Positions 62,969 to 64,000 of a stretch of DNA of 64,000 nt are shown here, in pieces. The notes under the pieces were generated by a model. It made no database searches. It was not told where the DNA came from and worked only from the letters and a program-made list of their open reading frames with translations. The DNA lies in the IMG/VR virus record IMGVR_UViG_3300037483_000286, positions 1,220 to 65,219 of that record. One strand, 5' to 3'. Each line of letters opens with the position of its first letter. The first letter of the stretch is position 1. Origin of the DNA: a virus. Both the position numbers and the translations under genes were made by a program.

Positions 62969-62974
62969 TTCAAA

Positions 62975-63493
62975 ATGGACGGACGTGTCGTTCACTTCGC
63001 CACCTCCACTTTCGGCCGTTACCGCCGTGAGCTGCATCGTTATCTGATGCGACGGCTAAGACAGCCGCAGGACGTTGACGACTTGGCACAGGAAGTCTAT
63101 TTGAGGTTGCTAACACTGGATGATGAAAAGGTCGTGCATAAGCCTCTAGCCTACTTATACGGTGTGGCTTCGCACGTACTGGCGGATTTTCGAATTGAGC
63201 TTGAGCAAGAGCGTGAACATATCACGGTGGATAGTGACACTGTAGATGAGTGGAGCGACAGCCCTAGCTGTGTATTGCCAGATAATTTAGCAGAGCGTTT
63301 GAGCCTGCAACAACAGATTGATACGGCGTTGGCACAGCTACCGCCGACGCATGCGGCCGTACTACTAGCGCACAAGCGCGACGGTATGAGTTATGACCAA
63401 GTCGCGGAACTGCTTGGCCTTAGTATTCACACTGTGGAGAAGTATGTGACGCAGGCTAAAGCCAGAATCAGAAGTATGCCATGGGAGCGTTGA
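62975..63493 (+). CDS. ECF sigma-70 factor (FecI-like)
   Basis: region 2 DVDDLAQEVYLRLL...LAYLYGVA; region 4 LAQLP.....VLL.H...GMSY..VAE.LG.S..TVEKY. Confidence 0.92.
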   Translation: MDGRVVHFATSTFGRYRRELHRYLMRRLRQPQDVDDLAQEVYLRLLTLDDEKVVHKPLAYLYGVASHVLADFRIELEQEREHITVDSDTVDEWSDSPSCVLPDNLAERLSLQQQIDTALAQLPPTHAAVLLAHKRDGMSYDQVAELLGLSIHTVEKYVTQAKARIRSMPWER

Positions 63494-63494
63494 G

Positions 63495-63908
63495 ATGAGT
63501 CTTATACCGCCGAACGAAGTTACTGTCGAAAACTTAATGGAGTGGTACAAGCTGCAGGAAGACATTGCGCGGTTGAAAAGCGCTGAAGCTCTCCTTCGAA
63601 TGAAGATTTTCAAAAACTTCTTTCCGGCGCCTGTGGAGGGAACGAATACCCACATCCTGCCGGACGGGTACGCGCTCAAGGGAGTGCATAAGATCAACCG
63701 AAAGATACTACGACCGAATCTCGTCGTGTTGGAGCCTACGTTCCGTGAAAAGAATCTGCCTTTGGATTCTTTAATCAAATACGAGCCGGAGCTTGTGTTG
63801 AAGGAGTATCGAACACTCACTAAGGAACAGCTCAACCTGTTTGATCAGTGTATGGAGATTAAGGACGGCATGCCCGACTTGAAGATCACGTTGCCGGCCA
63901 AGAGGTAG
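63495..63908 (+). CDS. conserved phage protein (Gam/DUF7173-like, uncertain)
   Basis: L.EW..L...L...K..E..LR..I, EGTNT..L.DGY.LK, ..KPE...EYR.L. Confidence 0.6.
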   Translation: MSLIPPNEVTVENLMEWYKLQEDIARLKSAEALLRMKIFKNFFPAPVEGTNTHILPDGYALKGVHKINRKILRPNLVVLEPTFREKNLPLDSLIKYEPELVLKEYRTLTKEQLNLFDQCMEIKDGMPDLKITLPAKR

Positions 63909-64000
63909 CGCTCGAGCGCTTTAGCGAGTAAACTGCCCCGGCTAAAAGTCAGGAACCGACTAATAGTAAGCATCAAATCCTAAATCAGGAGACATTCCTC

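Overview
The window is most or all of a ~64 kb double-stranded DNA tailed phage genome (siphovirus gene set; no integrase or repressor seen). There are three blocks. (1) Plus strand 1-15198 and 58546-64000: replication, recombination and DNA modification, including ligase, Sak4-like ATPase, SSB, Cas4-like nuclease, SF2 helicase, a queE-queC-queD-folE-dpdA 7-deazaguanine cluster, a beta-clamp-like protein, family B polymerase, primase-polymerase, MazG and an ECF sigma factor. (2) Minus strand 15189-44962: tail, head, terminase, lysis and moron genes. (3) Minus strand 45013-58079: small early genes driven by repeated promoter cassettes. The gene set resembles phages that replace G with 7-deazaguanine derivatives (9g/Seurat/PaMx-like, from recall). 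The least explained features are two large, densely base-paired non-coding regions: about 650 nt at 56991-57646 with its own promoter, and about 270 nt with pseudoknots directly upstream of the deazaguanine operon. Also notable are a QueC lacking all four Zn-binding cysteines, an orphan FecI-type sigma factor, a five-copy TGTGA promoter cassette, and three tandem paralogous DNA-binding-like proteins, each with its own promoter. All family names come from motif recognition by eye, with no database searches. Several starts were moved from the ORF track to the codon with a ribosome-binding site.
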